Assembly (NCBI GenBank): GCA_029821455.1
Contig: JALGTI010000007.1
Location: forward strand, 1 to 46,049
Direction: 5' to 3'
DNA length: 46,049 nt
DNA from: Candidatus Zipacnadia bacterium
GTDB lineage: Bacteria > Armatimonadota > Zipacnadia > Zipacnadales > Zipacnadaceae
In this document: positions 37,542 to 46,048 of the stretch, piece by piece
How positions within the stretch are numbered: the stretch's first letter is position 1
Layout: every line of letters begins with the position of its first letter
Notes under the pieces: generated by a model
What the model saw: the letters and a program-made list of their open reading frames with translations, nothing else
What the model was told of the DNA's origin: nothing
Database searches by the model: none
Made by a program: the position numbers and the translations under genes

Positions 37542-38003
37542 ATGCAAATCGTCACGCTCGCATTGCCGATCTTAGTTGGTATTGTGGCGATAGTAGTTGG
37601 CATAATCAAGATTATCGAATTCTGCAGGGACCGAATCCGTATCAATGTCAGCGCCGAGTACATCTGTCTCGGTGAGCCTGCGCCTGCTGCCTCGAGACAG
37701 CTTGTAAGACTTACAGCGGTGAACCAAGGTAAACGGCCCGTTTCTTTGGACAGTGCCTATCTGATCTTCTCCGACGGCGGCAAGCTCTCGTATAAGAAAG
37801 AGCTCACTTATCATTCGAACGACGATCTGCCGTGCTTACTGCAAGACGGGGAGAGTTGTAGTGTCCACATTCCTGCCCAGCAACTCCGTGAGAAAGAGGC
37901 AGGCGGTAGTAAGGCCGTTGCCGTAGCTTTTCGAGACGCGTCCAATAGGGAATATCGGAGCAGTTTTCGGCCTGACGTCGCTTCCGAGAAGACCCAAAGA
38001 TGA
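37542..38003 (+). CDS. Hypothetical membrane-anchored protein (153 aa)
   Basis: ATG lies 14 nt after the methylase stop, behind aaggggga. It has an N-terminal TM helix (IVTLALPILVGIVAIVVGIIKII) and then a small soluble domain. It is visibly more A/T-rich than its neighbours: about 47 % G+C over the first 120 nt by hand count. Confidence 0.65.
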   Translation: MQIVTLALPILVGIVAIVVGIIKIIEFCRDRIRINVSAEYICLGEPAPAASRQLVRLTAVNQGKRPVSLDSAYLIFSDGGKLSYKKELTYHSNDDLPCLLQDGESCSVHIPAQQLREKEAGGSKAVAVAFRDASNREYRSSFRPDVASEKTQR

Positions 38004-38058
38004 TGAAGCCTGTCAGGGCACTGACCAGCTTTGCGGAGTAGCAAGCACCGCCAAGAAC

Positions 38059-38230
38059 ATGGCGCAACTGCGGCATGCACTCAAGATGTTGACGATCACC
38101 ATAACCGGAGACATGCTCGCCTGCTGCCGCGCCAAGAGCCTGATATTGAGATACTGCGACGGCCAGGCCGTCGGCAACTTCGACACCTGGCACGGCCCGG
38201 CGGACCTCAGAGAGCCCAGGATATACAAGC
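38059..38230 (+). pseudogene. Orphan duplicate of a DrmMI-type methyltransferase 3' end
   Basis: By hand alignment nt 38134-38216 match nt 37414-37496 at 68/83 positions. The translated remnant SLILRYCDGQAVGNFDTWHGPADLREP matches the methylase tail DLILSYYDDQAAGDFTTWHGPEELKEP. No upstream methylase body is present. Confidence 0.65.
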
Positions 38231-38240
38231 GAGGCTCAAC

Positions 38241-39326
38241 ATGCGTCGAGATGCTGAAGCAATGAAACAGAAGGCGATTGAGTCGGTGATAGGTGCGGTG
38301 GAGTTCTGCAATAGGCCTCACGACGAGGGGCGCGTCGTCGCGGTATTGTTCTTCTTGCAGCACGCATTCGAAATGCTCCTTAAGGCAGCCATACTGGTGG
38401 ACCGTGGGACGATACGCAAACCCACAGACGATCAGTCCTATGGCTTCGAGAAGTGCTGCAACATAGCAAGGAGCGAATTGAAGATCCTCACGCAAGATCA
38501 GCATCGCACACTATCCACGATAAATGGGCTGCGCGACGCGGCGACACATTACGTGGTCGACATGCCTGAGTCGGCCCTCTATGTGCATGCGCAAGCAGGT
38601 ATGACGATCTTTGATGATCTGCTGGACACGGTGTGTGGGGAGACACTCGCCGATCATCTGCCAGAACGCGTGTTGCCCCTTTCCACTACGCCTCCTCGCG
38701 ACATTGAGCTAATCATGGACGAGGAATTCAGCGAGTTGCAGGCTCTGGTTGCGCCCGGTCGACGACAAGGGCACTTGGCCAAACCACGCATGAGACACCT
38801 ACTGATAATGGAATCCAGCGTGCGAGGTCAACCGCGGCAGCCGACGGACGCTGAGGTGGACAAGACCTTAGGGAAACTTCGCAGCGCGAAGGACTGGCGG
38901 TTGCTCTTCCCGGGAGTCGCGGCCCTGAGGGTAGTGACAGACGGCAACGGGCCGACGATCACTCTGCGCATGGAGAAGCGCGGTGACGTTCCGATGCGGC
39001 CGCTGAGGGAGGGGGAGGATCCCGACAAGGCTCTCGTATATCGTGAGGTCAACATGCTGGACCGCTATTCGATGGGCCTCAGGGATTTGGCCACCAAGCT
39101 CCCCATCACGGAACCCAAGACACTGGCACTGATTCGGCATCTCAAACTGCAAGAGAACCCCGAGTGTTTCACAATAGTCAGAGTTGGCAACAGCGAGCAC
39201 AAACGCTATAGCGAGAACGCACTGCAACTGCTACGCGCAGCGCTCAGAGAAGTCGACATAGACGAAGTATGGAACGAGCATAGACCGCGCAGGACGGGCC
39301 CTACAGAGTCGGGAACCGGCCCGTGA
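38241..39326 (+). CDS. Hypothetical protein with DUF3644-like N-terminal helical domain
   Basis: ATG at 38241 (gagg 6 nt upstream), with ATG 38262 as an alternative. AIESVIGAVEFCNRPHDEGRVVAVLFFLQHAFEMLLKAAIL fits my memory of the DUF3644 pattern (A..AiE.YNkP......f..L..AwElLLKA). Confidence 0.7.
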   Translation: MRRDAEAMKQKAIESVIGAVEFCNRPHDEGRVVAVLFFLQHAFEMLLKAAILVDRGTIRKPTDDQSYGFEKCCNIARSELKILTQDQHRTLSTINGLRDAATHYVVDMPESALYVHAQAGMTIFDDLLDTVCGETLADHLPERVLPLSTTPPRDIELIMDEEFSELQALVAPGRRQGHLAKPRMRHLLIMESSVRGQPRQPTDAEVDKTLGKLRSAKDWRLLFPGVAALRVVTDGNGPTITLRMEKRGDVPMRPLREGEDPDKALVYREVNMLDRYSMGLRDLATKLPITEPKTLALIRHLKLQENPECFTIVRVGNSEHKRYSENALQLLRAALREVDIDEVWNEHRPRRTGPTESGTGP

Positions 39327-39367
39327 GCTTCAGTAGTTGTTGGCGCATAGGGGGTCTTTGAAGGCTC

Positions 39368-42300
39368 ATGCCCATGAACCCAATTCAACTCGGCGAGCAG
39401 GTTGTCGAGCACTTCCACCGCTATCTGCGGACCTACTTCCCCATTGCTGACCAGCGGATCGAGAGGCAGGTCAACGCTGCGCTTGCGGCCGGGCCAACCG
39501 GCGAACGCATGTTGGTCAAAGGCCCCTACATCCAACTCAACCGGCCCTTTGAGGAAGGCCCAACGCTTTCGGACTTCATCGAGCAGCACGATCTGCATCC
39601 GGCACTGACGGGCGTGTTCTCGCACATTGAGACTCTGCACAAGCACCAGGAGCTGGCCGCCGCAGCGACGCTCAGGGGGCGTCACACCATTTCGGCCACC
39701 GGCACCGGCTCCGGCAAGACGGAGTCATTCCTGCTGCCAATAGTTGAGCACTGCCTGCGGCTGCGTGACGAGGGCGCACCCGAAGGCGTAACGGCGATAC
39801 TGATCTACCCGATGAACGCGCTGGTGAACGACCAGCTCAAGCGTCTGCGTGAGATGCTGGCGGGCACCGGCATAACATTCGGGCGCTACACAGGAGAGAC
39901 GCCGTATCGGCGGATGGATGATATCCGGCAGCTTGACACGTCCCGCGCGTACAGCCCAGAGGAACTGGCGAGGCAGCGGGAAACGGGGGAGGAACTCCCC
40001 AGACCATATGAGGAGCGCATCAGCCGCGAAGACATAGTGGACGCGCCACCGCGCATCCTCCTGACCAACTACAAGCAGATGGAGTACTTGCTGTCGCGGG
40101 CCCGTGATCTGAAGCTGTTCGACGGCGCTCCGGTACGCTTCCTGGTCATGGACGAAGTACATACGTACACCGGAGAGCTGGGGTCGGAAGTGGCGTGCCT
40201 GGTGCGCCGCCTGCGGTATCTGATCGGGAAATCCCCGGAGGAGCTTCTCTGTATTGGCACCTCCGCGACCGTTGCCGACCCCAGCGGGGAGATAGATGGT
40301 GCAAAGGCCGTCCGCAACTTCGCCCACCGTCTATTCGGCATCCCGGAAGACAGCATCGAGATAGTGGAGGAGCAGTACAAGGAATTACCTCCTGCGCCGA
40401 GGGACACGTACGCCCCGCGGTCGCCCTCGGATGCTCAAGCAATGCTGGATGAGGTCTTGGAAGTGACGCATCCGGTTCACGTACAGGATGAGGTGGAGGA
40501 TATATCGGACGATGTGGTCACCGTGGCCGAAAGCCTGTGCCAGCGCAGGGCGCCTGTGAGCGGCCCGAACCAGGAGCGGCTGTACGAGCTGCTATCGGCT
40601 AACTCGCTGGTACGCCACTTGGAACGGCAACACCAGTCGCCGATGCTGCTGCAAGACACGCTCGAGGGCCTCCGCAAGATCGGCGACCGTGCCGATGTGG
40701 ATCGAGAAGACTTGGCCGCGGAACTGTTGGCGTACTTGACATTGGGCGCACTGGCTCAACGTGAAGATGAGCCACTATTGCGTCCGAAGCTGCACTACTT
40801 CGTCCAGGGCTATCAAGGGATATTCGTGAGCTTTGAGCCGCGAATCAACTCTGATGCTGCAGAAGAACTGGAACCTGTGGTGCACTTCAGGCAGCAGGGC
40901 GGCGAGGAGCGCGGCGACGGCCTGCCCTTGCCGCTCTATCTGTGCCGGGCCTGCGGCCAGCACTACTTCCCCCTGATCGTCAGCGAAGCCGTTTCGGCCG
41001 ACGATGATGGTCAGGGCGCTTGTTATCGACCGGTAGCGCTATGGGACGGGCGCAGTCACATTGATGAAGAGGTCTTGTGGTATCTGACAGACCGTCTGCA
41101 CACTGAAGACGAGGATGAAGCGGACAAGTGGGAACCGCACTATATGTGCCGCTATTGCGGGTCACTGCATGATGCAGACCATGGCCGGTGTTTGAATGAG
41201 AAGTGCCAGCGTCAGGGCCCACTGGTTGCAATGCATGGCTTCCCGGGTGAGCCTAAGACATGCGCCGCATGTGGTGCGGCTAACTGGACCAAGGCCCGTA
41301 CCATCTCCGGTACCCGCAGCGCGGCGGCGGCAGACATCATGATCCTTGCTCAGTCTCTGCTGACCGGCATGCAGGAACCGAGCATGCGGAAACTGCTAAT
41401 CTTCGCCGACAACCGCCAGGAGGCCGCCTTCCAGGCGGGCTTTATGGACAAGCGGTTTAAGCGCATAGCACTGCGACAGTTGTTGTACGACGCATTGGCC
41501 GATGACCCCGATGAGCGATGGATCATAGACGGCCTGACCGACCGCCTGCTACGAGATGCGCAGAGCAAAGGGATCGTCGAGACCCGGTCCGCGTACGAGG
41601 ACCGCAGGGAAGCAAGACGGATTAAGTGGTTCTTGCTCCAGGAGTTCGCGTCTACCCGTGAACGACGTGGATCGCTTGAGACACTGGGACTTGCTGGGAT
41701 TGAATACCGGGGTCTCGAGGTTGACGCCGACCCCAGCTTTTTCGAGCGTTGGGCTGAAGTCTTTGGCGTCGCGCCGCAGGAGCTGGTGGACACCGTAGCT
41801 CTCATCCTGGACTATTATCGGCGACGGGGTACGCTGTCAGATGATTTGATGACGCACTGGTGGGGCTATCAAGACAAAGACGTGCGAGACGGTATCATCC
41901 AGGTCCATGACCACTGGGCGCCAACTACGCTCAATCTGCACAAGCCAGCTGAGGGCAGCATCACCAAGGGGTTGATCGCCAGCAACGGCCGCTCTGCGGC
42001 AGAGATGATAATGGGCAAGGCGGCGCAGAAGAACGCTGATCGAGGCGACCAGTTTCTGGAAGACCTCTGGGACTGGCTCACGGCCGCTGAAAGGCAGCTG
42101 CTCAAGCCGGTGAGGTTGACCAGGAAGAGACACGGCCACGATGAAGAACTGAGGGACATCGCTCGGACTTATCAGGTGAACGTTGACAAAGTGGCGCTTC
42201 ACCGTTCAGACCATCGGCACCTGTGTTCCGTGTGTCGCCGCGCACAGGTCAGGCCATTGCCGAGTGGCTTGTGTCCCGAGTATGGGTGTAAGGGCGAAAC

Positions 42301-44599
42301 TGAGGATAGTCCTGTGGACAGCGAGGATTTTGCGGTAGTCCAGTACACACGACTGCCCTTCGTCCCACTAAGGCCGGCTGAGCATACAGCACAGGTACCC
42401 CAGGAAAAGCGCCACGAAATCGAGAGAGAATTCCAACAGACAGATGGGGAATACAACTGCATAGTCTGCACTCCGACTCTGGAATTGGGTGTGGACATCG
42501 GCAAGTTGGAGATGGCCTTGATGCGCAATGTGCCGCCGACGCCAGCAAACTATGCGCAACGGGCTGGCCGGGCGGGACGTAAGCATCGCATCGCGGTGAT
42601 CTTCTCATACTGCGGCGGAAGCTCACATGACCGCTACTTCTTCGATGAGCCGCCTGAGGTCATCAGCGGCTCGATCCGGGTGCCAGCATTCAGCATGCAG
42701 AACTCACCGCTGATACGCAAGCACGTGTATTCCGCACTGCGTACTGAGCTCTTGCGTGACGGTGATGACGCGAGGGTACAGACGGCGATGAACGTGGCAT
42801 TCCCTGACTACATTTGGCGATACTTCGCGGTCAAGACGGAAGATGCCAACGGGGAAGAAATCATCTCATATCTTAGTGAGCCACCGAAGCTCGATGACCT
42901 GGCGATGTTGCTGACAGAGGAGGAAACCAGACTGCAGGCGGTGCTGCAGGAGGCATTCACTGAGAACTGGCCGGCGTCCGACGATGACGCGGTACAGGCT
43001 GACCGTCTTACCGAGCATATGGCTCAAATGCCGCAGAGACTGAGCGCTCATGTTTCCATTCTCTTCAGGAGGGTACGTGCATACCAAGACGAGCTTGACA
43101 GGCTCAGACAAGGGGGGAGCGCCGTACTGACACCCAGCCAGATACGACGCCGGGGCCAGTTCGAAGCATCCATACACAAGCTGTCGAACAAGGGGCGTGA
43201 CAACTACACTCTGACGTACCTGAGCAATGACGGTTTTCTGCCAGGCTATGCTTTGGACAGGGGTTCCTGTACGGCAACTAGCTTGGAGCCATTCATGGAG
43301 GTTTCGCGGTCCCTGCCGGTTGCCTTGCGCGAATTCGCGCCTGCAAGCTGGACATACGCCGACGGAAACGTTTTCCGGATAGTCAGGATCGTCTTTCAGA
43401 ATCCCAGACATGCTGTCGGTGATCAGATCGCCGGCGCGGCAAGACGCCAAGTGTGCATCCAGACTGACAGTGGTCGTCTGTTCGCTCCCGACACGTCAGC
43501 GACCGAGGGTGGGGCGTCGCTGCAAACACTCGATTCCCTGCTTCTAGCTGGCGTCAATCTGGTAGCGGCACAGCCAATAGACGATCTCCGCGAGACGAGG
43601 ATACGGGTGGGCTATGACATCAGGGGCATGATGCTGGGTGAACATGCAGGCGGCTGGCGGGGTAGCATAGCAGACAGGAGTATTGACTACCTGCGCCTGC
43701 AACGCCTCCGACTAGTCAACCTGGGACCTTTGGGCGAGCCGGCTCAGGATCCTGATGGGGGTTTCGTGATATGCCCGGTCTGTGGTGCCGTGAGATCGCC
43801 ATTCGCCGACAGAGATGAGATTGATGACTTCGAGACCAAGCACAAGCAGAGCTGCGCTGCTGACATGTTGAAGGGGTTCTGCTTGCACGTTGATTTCGTT
43901 TCCGATGTGATATTGCTCAAGCCCTTCGATTCTGAGCCTGCAGCCATAAACGCAATGACCGGCCTATTGGCAGGTGTGTCACAGGTGCTGGATATGGGGG
44001 AGAGCGAGCTGGAGGGTCTGATTCTGCCAGAAGACGGGGACACTTGGAGCATACTCATTTACGACCCCACTCCTGGCGGCTCGGGCTTCCTGGCACAGAT
44101 GTGCGACCATTGGCGGATCATATGCGAACGCGGCATCGAGCTGATAAGCAGTTGCGACAACTGTGGCGAAGACGAAGCCTGCTATGGCTGTCTCAAGCAT
44201 TATCGTAATCAGCAGCACCACGAGCAGCTAAGCAGGGCCATCGCCTGCCATGTGCTTGAGGAACTTGCCACTGACATCCAACACGAGCATGATGTTCCTC
44301 CGAGGTTGCCTGAGGGCAGCGACGCTGCGGAGGAACCGGAAAGCGGCGCTGAAGAGCTTCTCGAACGGATACTGGAGGAGCGCTCCTTCCCCTTGCCACC
44401 TCAGCGTCAATTGCGTGTAGACCTCGGTGCCACATACACAGTGGCAGACTTCGCCTATCCTGAATACAACGTATTGGTATACGTGGACGGCCTGTCGGTT
44501 CATAATCCCGACCTGGACGCCATCACGACGGCCAAACTGCGGCACGAAGGCTATCAAGTGGTCAGCTCAGGGATCCAGGCCTGCTGCCAGTGTTTCTGA
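39368..44599 (+). CDS. drmA-drmB: Fusion protein: DExH helicase (DrmA-like) + DUF1998 zinc domain (DrmB-like) + C-terminal DUF559/Vsr-like nuclease-fold domain
   Basis: Helicase motifs are ATGTGSGKTESF, FLVMDEVHTY, CTPTLELGVDIG and YAQRAGRAGRK. Several Zn-ribbon-like CxxC pairs lie between the RecA lobes. The DUF1998-like part contains LSNDGFLPGYALD, REFAPASWTYADGNVF and CDNCGEDEACYGCLKHYRNQ. The tail is ELLERILEERSFPLPPQRQLRVDLGATYTVADFAYPEYNVLVYVDGLSVH...KLRHEGYQVV. Confidence 0.9.
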   Translation: MPMNPIQLGEQVVEHFHRYLRTYFPIADQRIERQVNAALAAGPTGERMLVKGPYIQLNRPFEEGPTLSDFIEQHDLHPALTGVFSHIETLHKHQELAAAATLRGRHTISATGTGSGKTESFLLPIVEHCLRLRDEGAPEGVTAILIYPMNALVNDQLKRLREMLAGTGITFGRYTGETPYRRMDDIRQLDTSRAYSPEELARQRETGEELPRPYEERISREDIVDAPPRILLTNYKQMEYLLSRARDLKLFDGAPVRFLVMDEVHTYTGELGSEVACLVRRLRYLIGKSPEELLCIGTSATVADPSGEIDGAKAVRNFAHRLFGIPEDSIEIVEEQYKELPPAPRDTYAPRSPSDAQAMLDEVLEVTHPVHVQDEVEDISDDVVTVAESLCQRRAPVSGPNQERLYELLSANSLVRHLERQHQSPMLLQDTLEGLRKIGDRADVDREDLAAELLAYLTLGALAQREDEPLLRPKLHYFVQGYQGIFVSFEPRINSDAAEELEPVVHFRQQGGEERGDGLPLPLYLCRACGQHYFPLIVSEAVSADDDGQGACYRPVALWDGRSHIDEEVLWYLTDRLHTEDEDEADKWEPHYMCRYCGSLHDADHGRCLNEKCQRQGPLVAMHGFPGEPKTCAACGAANWTKARTISGTRSAAAADIMILAQSLLTGMQEPSMRKLLIFADNRQEAAFQAGFMDKRFKRIALRQLLYDALADDPDERWIIDGLTDRLLRDAQSKGIVETRSAYEDRREARRIKWFLLQEFASTRERRGSLETLGLAGIEYRGLEVDADPSFFERWAEVFGVAPQELVDTVALILDYYRRRGTLSDDLMTHWWGYQDKDVRDGIIQVHDHWAPTTLNLHKPAEGSITKGLIASNGRSAAEMIMGKAAQKNADRGDQFLEDLWDWLTAAERQLLKPVRLTRKRHGHDEELRDIARTYQVNVDKVALHRSDHRHLCSVCRRAQVRPLPSGLCPEYGCKGETEDSPVDSEDFAVVQYTRLPFVPLRPAEHTAQVPQEKRHEIEREFQQTDGEYNCIVCTPTLELGVDIGKLEMALMRNVPPTPANYAQRAGRAGRKHRIAVIFSYCGGSSHDRYFFDEPPEVISGSIRVPAFSMQNSPLIRKHVYSALRTELLRDGDDARVQTAMNVAFPDYIWRYFAVKTEDANGEEIISYLSEPPKLDDLAMLLTEEETRLQAVLQEAFTENWPASDDDAVQADRLTEHMAQMPQRLSAHVSILFRRVRAYQDELDRLRQGGSAVLTPSQIRRRGQFEASIHKLSNKGRDNYTLTYLSNDGFLPGYALDRGSCTATSLEPFMEVSRSLPVALREFAPASWTYADGNVFRIVRIVFQNPRHAVGDQIAGAARRQVCIQTDSGRLFAPDTSATEGGASLQTLDSLLLAGVNLVAAQPIDDLRETRIRVGYDIRGMMLGEHAGGWRGSIADRSIDYLRLQRLRLVNLGPLGEPAQDPDGGFVICPVCGAVRSPFADRDEIDDFETKHKQSCAADMLKGFCLHVDFVSDVILLKPFDSEPAAINAMTGLLAGVSQVLDMGESELEGLILPEDGDTWSILIYDPTPGGSGFLAQMCDHWRIICERGIELISSCDNCGEDEACYGCLKHYRNQQHHEQLSRAIACHVLEELATDIQHEHDVPPRLPEGSDAAEEPESGAEELLERILEERSFPLPPQRQLRVDLGATYTVADFAYPEYNVLVYVDGLSVHNPDLDAITTAKLRHEGYQVVSSGIQACCQCF

Positions 44600-45002
44600 A
44601 TGAGCTGGCGGTGTACCTCGGACGCGAAGAGCTATTGAGCGGCGGCTAGCCGGTGAGGTAGGTCTATCGATCTTGTGCTGCGAGCGCCCTGGACCCAGCC
44701 GATTGCCCGTCAGATTATTGACACGGACAGCACCGGTCACCAGTTCATGACTGGCGGACTAACTTCGTCCCTCAGGGCCTGCGGCACGTCGTCCTCCTGA
44801 CGGAACAGGCCCAGCAGGCGGGACAGCCCGGTGGCAATGTCTGGTTCAAGGGGATGCTCCTGCTACAGCAAAAGGAATCTGCGCACCCAACGCCGAACTC
44901 CGATAGCAGGTAGCTGGTCGTTCAGCAGCAAACACCAGAGCGCCCGTTTGATATGGGCAATCCCAATCAAGAGCCCAGAGGAAGAAGCCCAGGAGGAGCA
45001 AC

Positions 45003-45719
45003 ATGGCCGGCGGACACGGACGAGAGTTAGCCTTCGAGATCCAGGGCGACGACCTTGCGTCTCTTGAGAGAGCATTCGAAGACGGGTTCACCATGCTCAG
45101 GGAGCCCTTGGCCGTGGCCTTCCTGGTTGAGCACCCCGAATTGGTCTCTGTGTACTTCCTCTCTCAAGTCGCCGACCTGATCCGCTCTGAGGCCAACGCA
45201 GACAAGTGGATTGCGCTCTTCGGCAATGAGACTGCTCGGCGGGTCCTCTTCCTGGAGGACCAGGAGTGCCTGCAGAAGGCGCGTGATATGTGGGCTTGGG
45301 AGAGCGAGGTGGTGGCCTACGACGTGTCTTTCACCGTAGAAGCGGTCGCGGACAGTGGAGCGCCGCGCGAGGCCAACGAAGGGGGAATCCACAGGGCCTG
45401 GAAACCACAGAGCCTCTGCATCGACATGGAAGGGCTGTTCCAGGAGTCGCAGCTGCCTCCCGACACCAGGCAGCGCAAGGTGTCAGACAGCGTCTTCGAG
45501 TTGATCGTACGCCGGCCCGCTGATGATGACGCGCGTGCCCTGAGGGCCGGGGTCTGTGAAGAGGTGCTTGGCTGGCTCAACGCATACACCTTCCTCACGG
45601 GTGTAGCTCTGAGGCTGCGCGTAGACGGCAGCATGTCGCCTGTGTACCGGCGGCTATCGGGGTGGAGGGTCGGTGCCGAGCATCGTATTGCCCCCCTGCC
45701 CCCAATAGATGAACTCTAG
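45003..45719 (+). CDS. Hypothetical protein (238 aa)
   Basis: ATG at 45003, 5 nt after aggaggag. The ORF is unbroken with gene-like composition. I recognise no family. Confidence 0.55.
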   Translation: MAGGHGRELAFEIQGDDLASLERAFEDGFTMLREPLAVAFLVEHPELVSVYFLSQVADLIRSEANADKWIALFGNETARRVLFLEDQECLQKARDMWAWESEVVAYDVSFTVEAVADSGAPREANEGGIHRAWKPQSLCIDMEGLFQESQLPPDTRQRKVSDSVFELIVRRPADDDARALRAGVCEEVLGWLNAYTFLTGVALRLRVDGSMSPVYRRLSGWRVGAEHRIAPLPPIDEL

Positions 45720-45883
45720 CGCGTCGGGGGCCTGCTCGCAAGCGCCGACGACGCAACTCGTCGGGCCCTCGCGGGGCTGAACGAGTCGCTCTGCGCGCCC
45801 TCCCCAATGGCGAGGCTGATGACCCTCTGGCGCACGGTTGAGCATGTGGTGCCACGGCCCCCCTCTAGCCCATAGGCGCTAAC

Positions 45884-46048
45884 TTAAGCACTAATGGCTC
45901 GCGGAAAGACTTCAAGTGCGTCTAAGGTGCGGCGCTGACGCTTACGTGGGGCGTCACATAGATGGCGCTGTAGTCCCGGCATTTCTTCGTACAAATGAGC
46001 AAATGTGACTGCCCCTTTGATCATTATGTTCAGTTCTTCAAACAGGAT
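45884..46048 (-). CDS. 3' end of an unidentified gene entering from the right edge (partial)
   Basis: The minus-strand frame is open from the window edge: ILFEELNIMIKGAVTFAHLYEEMPGLQRHLCDAPRKRQRRTLDALEVFPRAISA, with stop TAA at 45884-45886. Only 54 codons are visible, and the stretch is A/T-richer than the rest. Confidence 0.3.
   Translation of the reverse strand: MLFEELNIMIKGAVTFAHLYEEMPGLQRHLCDAPRKRQRRTLDALEVFPRAISA

Noticed and set aside
39368-44599. Reading the 1743-aa helicase+DUF1998 protein as Druantia DruE rather than a DrmA-DrmB fusion.
   Set aside because: The DruE partners (DruA-D, DruM/F/G or DruH) are not recognisable here. The adjacent SNF2 helicase and N6-adenine methylase match the DISARM class 1 set instead. 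This cannot be fully excluded without profile comparison.
44464-44649. Possible frameshift at the 3' end of the helicase fusion. The -1 frame stays open to 44649 and reads ...QLRDPGLLPVFLNELAVYLGREELLSGG, which could be a missing end of the DUF559-like domain.
   Set aside because: The stretch is only ~60 open codons with no motif I can anchor, and alternative frames are often open in GC-rich DNA. It is worth a read-level check, but there is not enough evidence to call a frameshift.
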